DNA of 56,883 nucleotides from positions 1-56,883 of the forward strand of contig CAKSEF010000004.1 in NCBI GenBank assembly GCA_934446465.1. The letters are read 5' to 3'. A program made the position numbers and the translations under genes. Under the pieces are notes generated by a model, which saw nothing but the letters and a program-made list of their open reading frames with translations, was not told the origin of the DNA and searched no databases. The stretch's first letter is position 1, and every line of letters starts with the position of its first letter. Of this stretch, positions 45,914-55,018 are shown piece by piece. The stretch is from an uncultured Oscillospiraceae bacterium (lineage in GTDB: Bacteria > Bacillota > Clostridia > Oscillospirales > JAAYXM01).

Positions 45914-46282
45914 TTAAAGGACTTCCGGCGCGAGCGACAATATCTTCATGTAATCCTTATCACGAAGTTCTCTTGCCACCGGGCCAAAAATACGAGTTCC
46001 GCGCGGGTTCTTATCTTCTTTGATTATAACCGCGGCATTCTCGTCAAATCTTATATACGTTCCGTCGTTACGGCGAACGCCCTTTGCAGAGCGAACTATT
46101 ACGGCACGGACAACTTCACCCTTCTTGACAACTCCGCCGGGATTTGCCTTACGGACCGAAGCGACTATAACATCGCCGACGTTGCCGTATCTGCGCATTG
46201 AACCGCCGAGTACACGAATGCACTTAATTTCTTTAGCGCCCGTATTATCCGCAACTTTGAGTATGGTTTCCTGCTGTACCAC
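45914..46282 (-). CDS. rplN: 50S ribosomal protein uL14
   Basis: (GTG)[27 protein letters not shown]... Confidence 0.97.
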   Translation of the reverse strand: MVQQETILKVADNTGAKEIKCIRVLGGSMRRYGNVGDVIVASVRKANPGGVVKKGEVVRAVIVRSAKGVRRNDGTYIRFDENAAVIIKEDKNPRGTRIFGPVARELRDKDYMKILSLAPEVL

Positions 46283-46296
46283 AGTTCCCTACCTCC

Positions 46297-46554
46297 TTAT
46301 TGTGCTTTCTCGACTATTTCGACAAGACGCCATCTCTTATCCTTGGAAATCGGGCGTGTCTCCATAATCTTGATTTTGTCGCCTACTGCACATTCGTTTT
46401 TCTCGTCATGCACCTTAAGCTTTAATGTTCTTTTTATAATTTTCTTGTAGAGCGGATGCTGTACTCTGTCCTCAATAGCAACGACGCAAGTCTTGTCCAT
46501 TTTGTCAGATACAACTTTTCCTACTCTTGTCTTTCGGAAAGCTCTTTCACTCAT
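46297..46554 (-). CDS. rpsQ: 30S ribosomal protein uS17
   Basis: ...[37 protein letters not shown]... Confidence 0.97.
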   Translation of the reverse strand: MSERAFRKTRVGKVVSDKMDKTCVVAIEDRVQHPLYKKIIKRTLKLKVHDEKNECAVGDKIKIMETRPISKDKRWRLVEIVEKAQ

Positions 46555-46603
46555 TGCTTTTGCAAACCTCCTCGTCTATACCGCTTTGTGCGGCTTCTTA
46601 TAA

Positions 46604-46798
46604 TTACTGAGAGATTTCCTGTTCACGGATGATTGTGTTGATTCTGGCTATATCTCTCTTTACTGCTGCGATTTTGATGGGGTTATCCAACTGATTTGTA
46701 GCGTGCTGGAATCTGAGGTTGAAGAGGTCTTTCTTGAGCTCTTCGAGCTTCGCACCCATCTCCTCACGGCTCATATCACGAATTTCTTTTGCCTTCAT
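46604..46798 (-). CDS. rpmC: 50S ribosomal protein uL29
   Basis: [40 protein letters not shown]... ATG overlaps the rplP stop (TGATG). Confidence 0.95.
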   Translation of the reverse strand: MKAKEIRDMSREEMGAKLEELKKDLFNLRFQHATNQLDNPIKIAAVKRDIARINTIIREQEISQ

Positions 46799-47232
46799 CA
46801 ATTATCACCACCAGTCTCGAGTACTTCTTCTTTCCTTACGAACTTACACTTTACGGGGAGTTTGTGAGACGCAAGACGCAATGCTTCGCGCGCGAGATCT
46901 TCACTTACGCCGCCGATTTCAAACATTACACGGCCGGGCTTAACAACTGCAACCCAGTATTCAGGCGAACCTTTACCGGAACCCATTCGTGTTTCAGCCG
47001 GTTTTTCCGTTACGGGCTTGTCAGGGAATATTTTAATCCAAACCTGACCGCCACGCTTGATATAACGTGTCATGGCAATACGTGCCGCCTCAATCTGGTT
47101 GCTCTTAATCCAAGCGGGTTCCGTAGCCATAAGGCCGTATTCACCGTATGTTACCTTATTACCGCGAGTAGCCTTACCCTTTAAACGGCCTCTGTGTACT
47201 CTGCGGAATTTAACTCTCTTAGGCAGAAGCAT
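46798..47232 (-). CDS. rplP: 50S ribosomal protein uL16
   Basis: [34 protein letters not shown]... Confidence 0.97.
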   Translation of the reverse strand: MLLPKRVKFRRVHRGRLKGKATRGNKVTYGEYGLMATEPAWIKSNQIEAARIAMTRYIKRGGQVWIKIFPDKPVTEKPAETRMGSGKGSPEYWVAVVKPGRVMFEIGGVSEDLAREALRLASHKLPVKCKFVRKEEVLETGGDN

Positions 47233-48020
47233 TACTTGCCGCCTCCTTCCTTACGCGGAGCATTTCCTCTGTCAAACGGAGCGCGGTTATCTCTGCGCGG
47301 ACCACGGCGGTCGTTCGGACGACGGTCGCGTCTGTCGCGGCGCTCTTCGCGGGGCTTCGGCATGTCGATTGTTCTCGGTCCACGCTCACCCGTGCGGAGG
47401 ATTTCACCTTTGTAAATCCATACTTTAACGCCGATTCTTCCGTATGTTGTCTTTGCTTCTGCAAAGCCGTAGTCGATGTCGGCGCGAAGCGTCTGAAGCG
47501 GAATCATACCCTCATGATAATGTTCTGTTCTTGCGATTTCTGCTCCGCCGAGACGGCCGGAAACCGAAATCTTTATTCCCTTTGCACCCATGCGCATTGT
47601 GCGTCCCATGGACTGCTTCATTGCACGGCGGAAGGAAACTCTCTTCTCAAGCTGTTCTGCGATATATTCCGCAACGAGCTGAGAGTTTGTATCGGGATTT
47701 TTAATCTCGACAATGTTAAGTGCAACAGGCTTGCCAATCATCTTTTCGATTGAGAGGCGAAGCTTCTCGATGTCTGCACCGCCGCGGCCGATTACGATTC
47801 CGGGGCTCTTGCAGTGAATCGTAATTCTGACCTTTTTGTTATCGCGTTCAATCTCTATGCAAGGAATACCTGCGTTATAGTGATTGTTTTTGATATATTC
47901 ACGAATCTTGTAGTCTTCCACGATGAGGTCGCCGACTTTTTCGTCTCTGGCGTACCAGCGGGAATCCCAGTTTTTAATAACGCCCACACGAAGACCGTGG
48001 GGATTTACTTTCTGTCCCAT
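47232..48020 (-). CDS. rpsC: 30S ribosomal protein uS3 with Arg/Asp-rich C-terminal tail
   Basis: [24 protein letters not shown]... 262 aa, ending ...[40 protein letters not shown]. Confidence 0.96.
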   Translation of the reverse strand: MGQKVNPHGLRVGVIKNWDSRWYARDEKVGDLIVEDYKIREYIKNNHYNAGIPCIEIERDNKKVRITIHCKSPGIVIGRGGADIEKLRLSIEKMIGKPVALNIVEIKNPDTNSQLVAEYIAEQLEKRVSFRRAMKQSMGRTMRMGAKGIKISVSGRLGGAEIARTEHYHEGMIPLQTLRADIDYGFAEAKTTYGRIGVKVWIYKGEILRTGERGPRTIDMPKPREERRDRRDRRPNDRRGPRRDNRAPFDRGNAPRKEGGGK

Positions 48021-48035
48021 AAACTACCTCCTGAC

Positions 48036-48371
48036 CTAATCCTTCTCCGCCACAGCGAGCGTGATGTGAGAAGTTCTCTTATTGATTCGGAATGCTCTTC
48101 CCTGTGCTCTCGGCATAATTCTCTTAAGAATCGGACCGGGGCAGGCGAAAATCTGCGAAACGTAGAGATTATCCACATTCATGCCGTGGTTGGCTTCCGC
48201 ATTGGAAACTGCGCTCTTAAGGAGCTTCAGGATCGGCTCGGAAGCGGCTTTGGGCGTATTTGCCAAAATCGCTGTTGCTTCCGCAATCTTTTTGCCGCGG
48301 ATAAGGTCTGCAACAATCTTAACCTTGCGGGGCGAGATGCGGACGTAGCGTACGTATGCTGTTGCTTCCAT
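48036..48371 (-). CDS. rplV: 50S ribosomal protein uL22
   Basis: MEATAYVRYVRISPRKVKIVADLIRGKKIAEA... Confidence 0.96.
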   Translation of the reverse strand: MEATAYVRYVRISPRKVKIVADLIRGKKIAEATAILANTPKAASEPILKLLKSAVSNAEANHGMNVDNLYVSQIFACPGPILKRIMPRAQGRAFRINKRTSHITLAVAEKD

Positions 48372-48388
48372 CACTGAGTCCTCCTGTC

Positions 48389-48667
48389 TTACTTCGTGTT
48401 CGAGGTCTTGCTTCCCGAGTGACCTCTGAACGTTCTTGTCGGAGCAAATTCTCCGAGCTTATGACCGACCATGTCCTCGGTTACATAGACCGGCACGTGC
48501 TTTCTGCCGTCATGAACGGCAAATGTATGACCGACAAACTCAGGGAAGATTGTAGAAGCTCTCGACCAAGTCTTAAGAACGTTCTTCTCACCTTTTTCGT
48601 TCATCGCGATTACCCTCTTCATGAGTTCCGGGGCAACGAAGGGGCCTTTCTTTATGCTTCTGCTCAT
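48389..48667 (-). CDS. rpsS: 30S ribosomal protein uS19
   Basis: [19 protein letters not shown]...[33 protein letters not shown]. Confidence 0.97.
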   Translation of the reverse strand: MSRSIKKGPFVAPELMKRVIAMNEKGEKNVLKTWSRASTIFPEFVGHTFAVHDGRKHVPVYVTEDMVGHKLGEFAPTRTFRGHSGSKTSNTK

Positions 48668-48679
48668 TATTTAGCCTCC

Positions 48680-49513
48680 TTACTTACCGTTACGGCGTCT
48701 TACTATGAACTTATCAGACAAGTTCTTCTTCTTACGTGTCTTGTAACCAAGGGTTGGCTTACCCCAAGGTGTAACAGGTCTGGGACGTCCAATCGGGCTC
48801 TTACCTTCACCACCGCCGTGCGGGTGATCGCACGGGTTCATGACGGAACCGCGGACTGTCGGGCGGATACCCATATGACGCTTGCGTCCTGCCTTACCAA
48901 TCTGGACATTCTCGTGGTCGAGGTTGGAAACCTGACCTACTGTTGCCATGCAGTTAAGGCGGAACTTACGGAGTTCTCCGGACGGAAGTCTTACGAGAGC
49001 CATACCGTCTTCCTTAGCCATAAGCTGAGCTGCATTACCTGCACCGCGGACAAACTGGGCACCGCGGCCGGGATTAAGCTCGATATTGTGGATTATCGTA
49101 CCAACAGGGATATTGACAATAGGAAGCGCATTGCCCGGCTTAATATCAGCCGATGCGCTCGAAATTATCGTATCGCCTACTTTGAGATCATGCGGAGCGA
49201 TGATGTAGCGCTTCTCGCCGTCCTCATACTTTACGAGAGAGATGAATGCTCCGCGGTTCGGGTCGTACTCAAGTGTAAGAACCTCTGCGGGGATATCCAT
49301 CTTATCGCGTTTAAAATCTATAATTCTGTATTTGCGCTTGTTGCCGCCGCCACGATGACGAACAGTAATTCTTCCGTAACTGTTGCGGCCGGAATTCTTG
49401 CTGAGATTTTCCAAAAGGCTCTTTTCCGGCTTGACGTCGCTAAGAAGCTGATAGTCGGTAACTGTCATGTTACGTCTTGACGGAGTCGTCGGTTTAAACG
49501 TTCTTACAGCCAT
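48680..49513 (-). CDS. rplB: 50S ribosomal protein uL2
   Basis: [18 protein letters not shown]...[18 protein letters not shown]...[19 protein letters not shown]. Confidence 0.98.
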   Translation of the reverse strand: MAVRTFKPTTPSRRNMTVTDYQLLSDVKPEKSLLENLSKNSGRNSYGRITVRHRGGGNKRKYRIIDFKRDKMDIPAEVLTLEYDPNRGAFISLVKYEDGEKRYIIAPHDLKVGDTIISSASADIKPGNALPIVNIPVGTIIHNIELNPGRGAQFVRGAGNAAQLMAKEDGMALVRLPSGELRKFRLNCMATVGQVSNLDHENVQIGKAGRKRHMGIRPTVRGSVMNPCDHPHGGGEGKSPIGRPRPVTPWGKPTLGYKTRKKKNLSDKFIVRRRNGK

Positions 49514-49559
49514 TTGTTTTTTCCTCCTTTAAATGGTGTTAGTTACTAATCCGTCGGGA

Positions 49560-49853
49560 TTAGACCATGCCCTCGAAGAACTCAATCGTCTTTGAATCGC
49601 TCTTGAGCGTAACAACTGCTTTCTTGTAATCGGGGCGGAAGCCGACATGTGCTCCCATTCTCTTTTCCTTGCCGAGAACATTGAGTGTATTTACCTTTGC
49701 AACCTTTACACCGAAGATTTCCTCGATTGCACGGCGAATCTCAACCTTGTTCGCGGACTTATCAACCTCAAAGACGTAAACCTTATTGGCGACGCGCTCC
49801 ATTGACTGTTCTGTGATGATAGGGCGCTTTATGATATCATAAGGTGATTTCAT
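49560..49853 (-). CDS. rplW: 50S ribosomal protein uL23
   Basis: MKSPYDIIKRPIITEQSMERVANKVYVFEVDKSANKVEIRRAIE... Confidence 0.96.
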   Translation of the reverse strand: MKSPYDIIKRPIITEQSMERVANKVYVFEVDKSANKVEIRRAIEEIFGVKVAKVNTLNVLGKEKRMGAHVGFRPDYKKAVVTLKSDSKTIEFFEGMV

Positions 49854-50473
49854 TATGCGAACACCTCCGAAATCTTTTCTATTGCCGACTTATCAACAAT
49901 GAACTTGCCATGGTTGAGTATGTCGTATACGCTGATAATCGTTGCCGTAGTTGTTTTAACCCCGGGGATGTTGCGTGCGCTCTTTACGACGTTCTCACGA
50001 ACCTCCGGTGTTACTACGAGTGCCTTATCCGCCTCAACAGCGTTAAGGAACGATACCATTGACTTTGTTTTGACCTCGTTAAGGTCAAGGTTGTCTACAA
50101 CTATAATTTCGCCTGCTGCAGCCTTTGCTGAGAGCGCGCTCAAGAGAGCAAGACGGCGATATTTCTTGTTGAGACGGTAGGAATAATCGCGCGGCTTGGG
50201 ACCGAGCGCAATTCCGCCGTGCGTCCACTGCGGAGAACGGATTGAACCCTGACGGGCACGACCTGTTCCCTTCTGACGCCACGGCTTCTTGCCGCCGCCG
50301 CGAACCTCGGCACGTGTAAGTGTGCTCTGAGTGCCCTGTCTGCGGTTGGCAAGGTGATTTTTGACAGCTTCAAACATAGCAACTTCGTTCGGTTCAATTC
50401 CGAATACAGCCTCGGAAAGCTCTATCTCTCCGACCTGCTTGCCTGTCATATCGTAAACTGTTGCCTTAGGCAT
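49853..50473 (-). CDS. rplD: 50S ribosomal protein uL4
   Basis: MPKATVYDMTGKQVGEIELSEAVFG...RGGGKKPWRQKGTGRARQGSIRSPQW. Confidence 0.97.
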   Translation of the reverse strand: MPKATVYDMTGKQVGEIELSEAVFGIEPNEVAMFEAVKNHLANRRQGTQSTLTRAEVRGGGKKPWRQKGTGRARQGSIRSPQWTHGGIALGPKPRDYSYRLNKKYRRLALLSALSAKAAAGEIIVVDNLDLNEVKTKSMVSFLNAVEADKALVVTPEVRENVVKSARNIPGVKTTTATIISVYDILNHGKFIVDKSAIEKISEVFA

Positions 50474-50493
50474 AGTTTTCTATCTCCTTTCGC

Positions 50494-51126
50494 TTAGACG
50501 TTCTTGACCGCGTCGCAGATGAACACAAACCCGCCCTTAGGACCGGGGATAGCACCGCGTACTGCAATCATATTTGTTTCGGCGTCAACCTTCACGATGT
50601 CAAGATTCTGCACCGTTACCTGCTCGGCACCCATGCGTCCGGGAAGTTTCTTGCCCGGCATAACTCTTGACGGGTCTGTATTAGCACCCATAGAGCCTGC
50701 ACTGCGGTGAACAGGTCCTACACCGTGTGTGTGGCACTGCATGTGCTGGCCAAAACGCTTGACCGTACCTGCCGTACCCTTACCTTTACTTACGCCTGTA
50801 ACGTCTACAACGTCGCCCTCTGCGAAAACGTCTGCGCGAACAACGTCCCCAACGTTAAGTTCCGTACCTGCGAGCTTGAACTCTTTAAGTACGCGCTTTG
50901 CCGAAACGCCGGCCCTCTTCATGTGGCCTGCCATCGGCTTCGTGAGCTTTCTCTCTGCAATGTCCTCAAAACCGAGCTGAACAGATTCATAACCGTCTTT
51001 TTCAACGCTCTTCTTCTGAACAACCGAGCAAGGACCTGCTTCGATGACCGTAACAGGAATGACCCTGCCTGCATCGTCGAAAATCTGAGTCATACCGACT
51101 TTTCTTCCGATGATTGCCTTCTGCAT
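50494..51126 (-). CDS. rplC: 50S ribosomal protein uL3
   Basis: MQKAIIGRKVGMTQIFDDAGRVIPVTVIEAGPC... AAGGAGGAAGATAT RBS before this ATG. Confidence 0.97.
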   Translation of the reverse strand: MQKAIIGRKVGMTQIFDDAGRVIPVTVIEAGPCSVVQKKSVEKDGYESVQLGFEDIAERKLTKPMAGHMKRAGVSAKRVLKEFKLAGTELNVGDVVRADVFAEGDVVDVTGVSKGKGTAGTVKRFGQHMQCHTHGVGPVHRSAGSMGANTDPSRVMPGKKLPGRMGAEQVTVQNLDIVKVDAETNMIAVRGAIPGPKGGFVFICDAVKNV

Positions 51127-51257
51127 ATATCTTCCTCCTTCAAGGTTATTGGTTGACCTCTCGGCCAACATGACCCGCCCTCTCTGACCCGATACCCCTT
51201 CTTCGGCACTTAAAGGACTGCGGTTCTTTTCACATTTAATAATGTAAGTTTTGCGAA

Positions 51258-51575
51258 TTAGAGCTTAATCTCTATCTCAACGCCTGCCGGAAGGTCAAGG
51301 GACATAAGAGCCTTTGTTGCCTCCGTTGACGGCTTGAGAATGTCAATCAAACGCTTGTGTGTACGGCGCTCGAACTGCTCACGGCTGTCCTTATATTTAT
51401 GCACCGCACGTAGAATCGTAATTACTTCTTTGGAAGTCGGGAGCGGAATCGGTCCCGAAACCTTTGCGCCGTTTCTCTTAGCTGTTTCAACTATACGCTC
51501 TGCCGCCTGGTCGATGAGCTGATGGTCGTAAGCCTTGAGACGGATACGAATCATTTCCTTAGTGATTGCTGCCAT
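51258..51575 (-). CDS. rpsJ: 30S ribosomal protein uS10
   Basis: [47 protein letters not shown]... TAAGGAGGAAACAAAA RBS. The tracked 168-aa ORF is a stop-free leader extension. Confidence 0.96.
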   Translation of the reverse strand: MAAITKEMIRIRLKAYDHQLIDQAAERIVETAKRNGAKVSGPIPLPTSKEVITILRAVHKYKDSREQFERRTHKRLIDILKPSTEATKALMSLDLPAGVEIEIKL

Positions 51576-51830
51576 TTTTGTTTCCTCCTTAAACGCACGT
51601 AGTTTTCTGCGTGCGGCGGAATCCTGCACAACTGCACCGTGTGTTTCATACGCGGGCATCATTAAAACCGAACCGGTATTAGGGGATTTAACCAAGTTCG
51701 GCAGGTACTCAGCGCAAAAGCGCAGAGACATTGTGGGATATCCTGCCGCCCGATTGTCGGACATACTCCACGGAAGTTACCTACTTACGTAGCAATCTCC
51801 CGTTTCATCGCACATGTGCCCACACAGGCA
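51576..51830 (-). promoter_or_regulatory. Structured roughly 255-nt leader of the S10 operon
   Basis: Lies between a consensus promoter and the rpsJ RBS. Nested helices CGGCAGG/CCTGCCG enclose CTCTGCGC-TTTT-GCGCTGAG. Also CCGAAC/GTTCGG and CGCACG-CAGAAAACTA-CGTGCG next to the RBS. Confidence 0.5.
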
Positions 51831-51837
51831 CCATTAC

Positions 51838-51866
51838 ATTATATGGTATACCATAAAGAATGTCAA
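51838..51866 (-). promoter_or_regulatory. Consensus sigma-A promoter of the S10-spc-alpha cluster
   Basis: Minus-sense TTGACA (51866-51861), 17 nt, TATAAT (51843-51838). Confidence 0.7.
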
Positions 51867-51899
51867 GCATTTTTTTGTATTTTTTCTAATATTTTTAGA

Positions 51900-51925
51900 C
51901 CCGGGGAAAATATGTTTTCCCCGGG
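51900..51925. terminator. GC-rich palindromic hairpin after obg (probable terminator/insulator)
   Basis: CCCGGGGAAAA-TATG-TTTTCCCCGGG. No clean U-tail in minus sense, so function is uncertain. Confidence 0.4.
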
Positions 51926-51930
51926 AATAT

Positions 51931-53202
51931 TTATCGTACATACTCAAATTCCATTGTATAAATAACGATGGTGTCGCCCTCCTGAACACCGCGGCGCTCA
52001 AGTTCATCGTACACCCCGTATTTTCTCAGAATCCGTTCGAAATATATTCTTGATTCATAGTCGTCAAAGTTAACCGAACCCATTGCGCGTTTAATCCAAT
52101 CGCCTTCAACGACGTAGACATCACCGTCTGTCCGTGTAATAGTGAAATCGTGCCGTGAGGTATCCTCTTTTTCTCTGACGAACGTAGACTCATATTTTTC
52201 AATGGGCGGAAGTTTTGACAGTTCCTCCGCAACCTTATTCATGAGCTCTCCCACACCTATGTTTGCCGCCGCGGAAATTTCAAAATAGTGATAACCGAGA
52301 TTTTTGATATATGCCTTAAATTCATCGGCCGTTTCCCTATCATAAATCAAATCGCACTTATTTGCGGCAACAATTTGCGGACGCTTGGCAAGCTCATGGT
52401 TATACCGTTCCAATTCTTCATTGATTGCTTCAAAATCCTCAATCGGATTTCTCCCCTCACTGCCGGAGACATCAACCATGTGAACTATGAGACGGCATCT
52501 GTCAATGTGCCTGAGGAATCTGTGTCCAAGTCCCGCGCCCTCGCTTGCACCCTCAATAATTCCCGGTATATCCGCCATTACATATGAAAAATTTTCATCT
52601 ACGCGTACGACACCGAGATTCGGAGTTATCGTTGTGAAGTGGTAATTTGCAATCTTAGGACGCGCTGCGCTCACAACTGACAGAAGGGTGGATTTCCCCA
52701 CGTTCGGGAAGCCTGCAAGCCCAACGTCTGCAAGAAGCTTCAACTCAAGGCGCACTTCAAGCATCTCACCGTCGAGACCGGGGCGTGCAAAACGTGGTGC
52801 CTGTCTTGTGGGAGTCGCAAAGTGCTGGTTTCCCCAACCGCCATGACCGCCCTTACATATTATAAACGGCTCATCGTCCGACATATCTTTAACAAGCTCT
52901 CCGCTGCTTGCCTCATAAACGAGCGTTCCTCGGGGAACCTTTATCACAATGTCTTTTCCGCGCTTCCCCGAACACTTTTTTCCGCTTCCGTTTTCTCCGT
53001 TGCCCGCTGCATACTTCTTTTTGTATCGAAATTCAACGAGCGTTGACATATTATCGTCAACTTTAAGTATTACATCGCCGCCATCGCCGCCATCGCCGCC
53101 GTCAGGTCCGCCTGCCGCGATATATTTTTCCCTGTGAAATGCTACTGCGCCGTCGCCGCCGCGGCCTGCAATGAACCTTGCGCTTGCAACATCAACAAAC
53201 AT
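51931..53202 (-). CDS. obg: GTPase Obg/CgtA
   Basis: MFVDVASARFIAGRGGDGAVAFHREKY... Gly-rich Obg fold, GFPNVGKST, DIPG, NKCD, C-terminal TGS-like (OCT) domain. Confidence 0.96.
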   Translation of the reverse strand: MFVDVASARFIAGRGGDGAVAFHREKYIAAGGPDGGDGGDGGDVILKVDDNMSTLVEFRYKKKYAAGNGENGSGKKCSGKRGKDIVIKVPRGTLVYEASSGELVKDMSDDEPFIICKGGHGGWGNQHFATPTRQAPRFARPGLDGEMLEVRLELKLLADVGLAGFPNVGKSTLLSVVSAARPKIANYHFTTITPNLGVVRVDENFSYVMADIPGIIEGASEGAGLGHRFLRHIDRCRLIVHMVDVSGSEGRNPIEDFEAINEELERYNHELAKRPQIVAANKCDLIYDRETADEFKAYIKNLGYHYFEISAAANIGVGELMNKVAEELSKLPPIEKYESTFVREKEDTSRHDFTITRTDGDVYVVEGDWIKRAMGSVNFDDYESRIYFERILRKYGVYDELERRGVQEGDTIVIYTMEFEYVR

Positions 53203-53267
53203 GGCTTTCCTCCGATTTCAAAATAGTACATACATAATATGAACAAAAAACTCATATTTAAGCATAA

Positions 53268-53295
53268 CAGGCAGGTCGTAAATTCAACCTGCCTG
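53268..53295 (-). terminator. Hairpin between rpmA and obg (partial terminator/processing site)
   Basis: Minus-sense CAGGCAGGT-TGAATTTACG-ACCTGCCTG followed by TTATGCTT. Confidence 0.4.
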
Positions 53296-53310
53296 CAACA
53301 AACATAATTT

Positions 53311-53592
53311 TTACTGAGCCGGATAGATAGAAACCTTCTTGCGGTCGCGGCCGAAACGCTCGAAACGAACGACACCGTCCATCGTCGCAAACAAAGTATC
53401 ATCAGAACCCTTGCTTACGTTTGTTCCCGGGTGAATCTTTGTTCCGCGCTGACGAACAAGAATATTGCCTGCGAGAACGAACTGACCGTCCGCACGCTTC
53501 ACACCAAGTCTTTTAGACTCAGAATCTCGACCGTTTTTTGTGGAACCGACACCCTTTTTATGTGCAAAAAACTGAATACCGATTTTAAGCAT
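53311..53592 (-). CDS. rpmA: 50S ribosomal protein bL27 with cleavable N-terminal extension
   Basis: [32 protein letters not shown]... 9-residue propeptide of the Prp-processed type. Confidence 0.96.
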   Translation of the reverse strand: MLKIGIQFFAHKKGVGSTKNGRDSESKRLGVKRADGQFVLAGNILVRQRGTKIHPGTNVSKGSDDTLFATMDGVVRFERFGRDRKKVSIYPAQ

Positions 53593-53914
53593 TTAACTGC
53601 ACCTCCAAAACATCAATATAATCGGGATACTCATCCCGTATCGCCGTCATATGCGCGGCAAATGCCGAAAGAATCCCAACGCACGAAGCATTGCACGAAG
53701 AACCGAGCTTCAAAAATACTTCTGCATTTTCAGGTTTAATGACGACTTCGGCACCACCTCCGAAAAAATCGTTTACGGCGGATTCACACAACCCGACCGC
53801 ACTCGACACTGCGGCGCACACTATGTCGCTCCCGCACTCGGCATAACCCGAATGACCGGATACATCAAACCCGATAAAATCCTCGCCCGATTTAATGAGC
53901 TTTACCGTAATCAT
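53585..53914 (-). CDS. prp: Ribosomal-processing cysteine protease Prp
   Basis: [37 protein letters not shown]... between rplU and rpmA. Confidence 0.9.
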   Translation of the reverse strand: MITVKLIKSGEDFIGFDVSGHSGYAECGSDIVCAAVSSAVGLCESAVNDFFGGGAEVVIKPENAEVFLKLGSSCNASCVGILSAFAAHMTAIRDEYPDYIDVLEVQLNA

Positions 53915-54222
53915 TAAGCTTCGATTTTCTCAATCTGGAGCTTTGTATACGGCTGTCTATGACCCTGACGGCGTCTGTAATTCTTCTTCGGCTTAAACTT
54001 GAAGACCATAATCTTCTTTGACTTACCGTTCTTGATAAGCTTAGCCGTAACCTTAGCGTTGTCAACCTTCGGAGTTCCGACGTTTACGCTGTCTCCGTCA
54101 ATCGTCATGAGGACGTTTTCGAATTCGACTGTATCGCCCTCGAAGTCAAGCTTCTCGACAAAAATGACATCGCCCTCGGAAACCTTATACTGCTTACCGC
54201 CTGTAACAAAAATTGCCTGCAT
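53914..54222 (-). CDS. rplU: 50S ribosomal protein bL21
   Basis: [26 protein letters not shown]...[22 protein letters not shown]. Confidence 0.97.
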   Translation of the reverse strand: MQAIFVTGGKQYKVSEGDVIFVEKLDFEGDTVEFENVLMTIDGDSVNVGTPKVDNAKVTAKLIKNGKSKKIMVFKFKPKKNYRRRQGHRQPYTKLQIEKIEA

Positions 54223-54305
54223 TATTCCTGCACCTCTCTCTCATTTTTTAGAGTCTCGCTCTTGTAGGCGCCGCGCCTGCGACTTGTAAGCCCACTCAAT
54301 GCGGC
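54223..54305 (-). promoter_or_regulatory. rplU leader (L21-leader position)
   Basis: About 80-nt GC-rich leader GAGCCGCATTGAGTGGGCTTACAAGTCGCAGGCGCGGCGCCTACAAGAGCGAGACTC between promoter and RBS. The family call is by position only. Confidence 0.4.
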
Positions 54306-54311
54306 TCCGCT

Positions 54312-54340
54312 ATTATATCATTAAAATACTCATATGTCAA
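54312..54340 (-). promoter_or_regulatory. Consensus sigma-A promoter of rplU-prp-rpmA
   Basis: Minus-sense TTGACA (54340-54335), 17 nt, TATAAT (54317-54312). Confidence 0.7.
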
Positions 54341-54358
54341 CATTCGGCGACATTTTTT

Positions 54359-55018
54359 TTATCTAAATTCACGCATATTTTCATCATAGACGTTATTTCT
54401 TGTGAAAGTATAAAAATCGGGAACGCACTCCGGGATATATTTTTCAATAGCGCGTATGATGTACTCCGGATTCAAAGATGTATTTCCCGACGCAAGAACG
54501 GCCTTAATTTTTATCGAGTTCCCGTTCTCCTCTATCTTTGCCGTTTTTATCATCGGCGCTATATTTGTTTCGATTTCTCCGCGCTTGCTTTTTTTCATCA
54601 CTACTATTTCTTCTTTTTTCAACAGTAGGTCAAGCGCTTGGAGAGTTTTGTCTTTTATCCCGCCGTCGTAATCAAGTGTCAGGAGGTATTCAGAATATGC
54701 TATATTCCTGACCGGACTTGCATCGCAATATGCCGAAACCGCGTGTATTCCCTCCGGCAGTGTTTTGTTCATGCGCCTTACTATTTCATCACATTTCATA
54801 TCATCATTTATGACCATGTCAAGAAATTCGCATTTACCCGTATATCCCAAGGAGAGCGGAAGCGCAATCGAAATATATGGATGCGGATTAAAGCCCTCGG
54901 TGTGCTTTATATCTATACCTGCACGCGTAATTGCACGCTGGAATGTCCGCATAATATCGAGGTGGGATATATAGACGGCACGTCCGGTTTTTTCATACAT
55001 AACTCTCATTTTACGCAT
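54359..55018 (-). CDS. Radical-SAM-associated protein (TIGR03936 / DUF2344-like)
   Basis: MRKMRVMYEKTGRAVYISHLDIMRTFQRAITRAGIDIKHTEGFNPHPYISIALPL... GGAGGTAAATGTG RBS. Overlaps the upstream stop by 8 nt. Confidence 0.75.
   Translation of the reverse strand: MRKMRVMYEKTGRAVYISHLDIMRTFQRAITRAGIDIKHTEGFNPHPYISIALPLSLGYTGKCEFLDMVINDDMKCDEIVRRMNKTLPEGIHAVSAYCDASPVRNIAYSEYLLTLDYDGGIKDKTLQALDLLLKKEEIVVMKKSKRGEIETNIAPMIKTAKIEENGNSIKIKAVLASGNTSLNPEYIIRAIEKYIPECVPDFYTFTRNNVYDENMREFR

Noticed and set aside
48356-49480. 374-aa plus-strand ORF
   Set aside because: It lies entirely antisense to rpsS and rplB, whose translations are unmistakable. It has no RBS and a low-complexity composition, so it is a shadow ORF of highly expressed genes.
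51576-51764. 63-codon N-terminal extension of rpsJ in the track
   Set aside because: uS10 is about 100-105 aa. A TAAGGAGG RBS precedes the ATG at 51575, and the upstream part is the structured leader.
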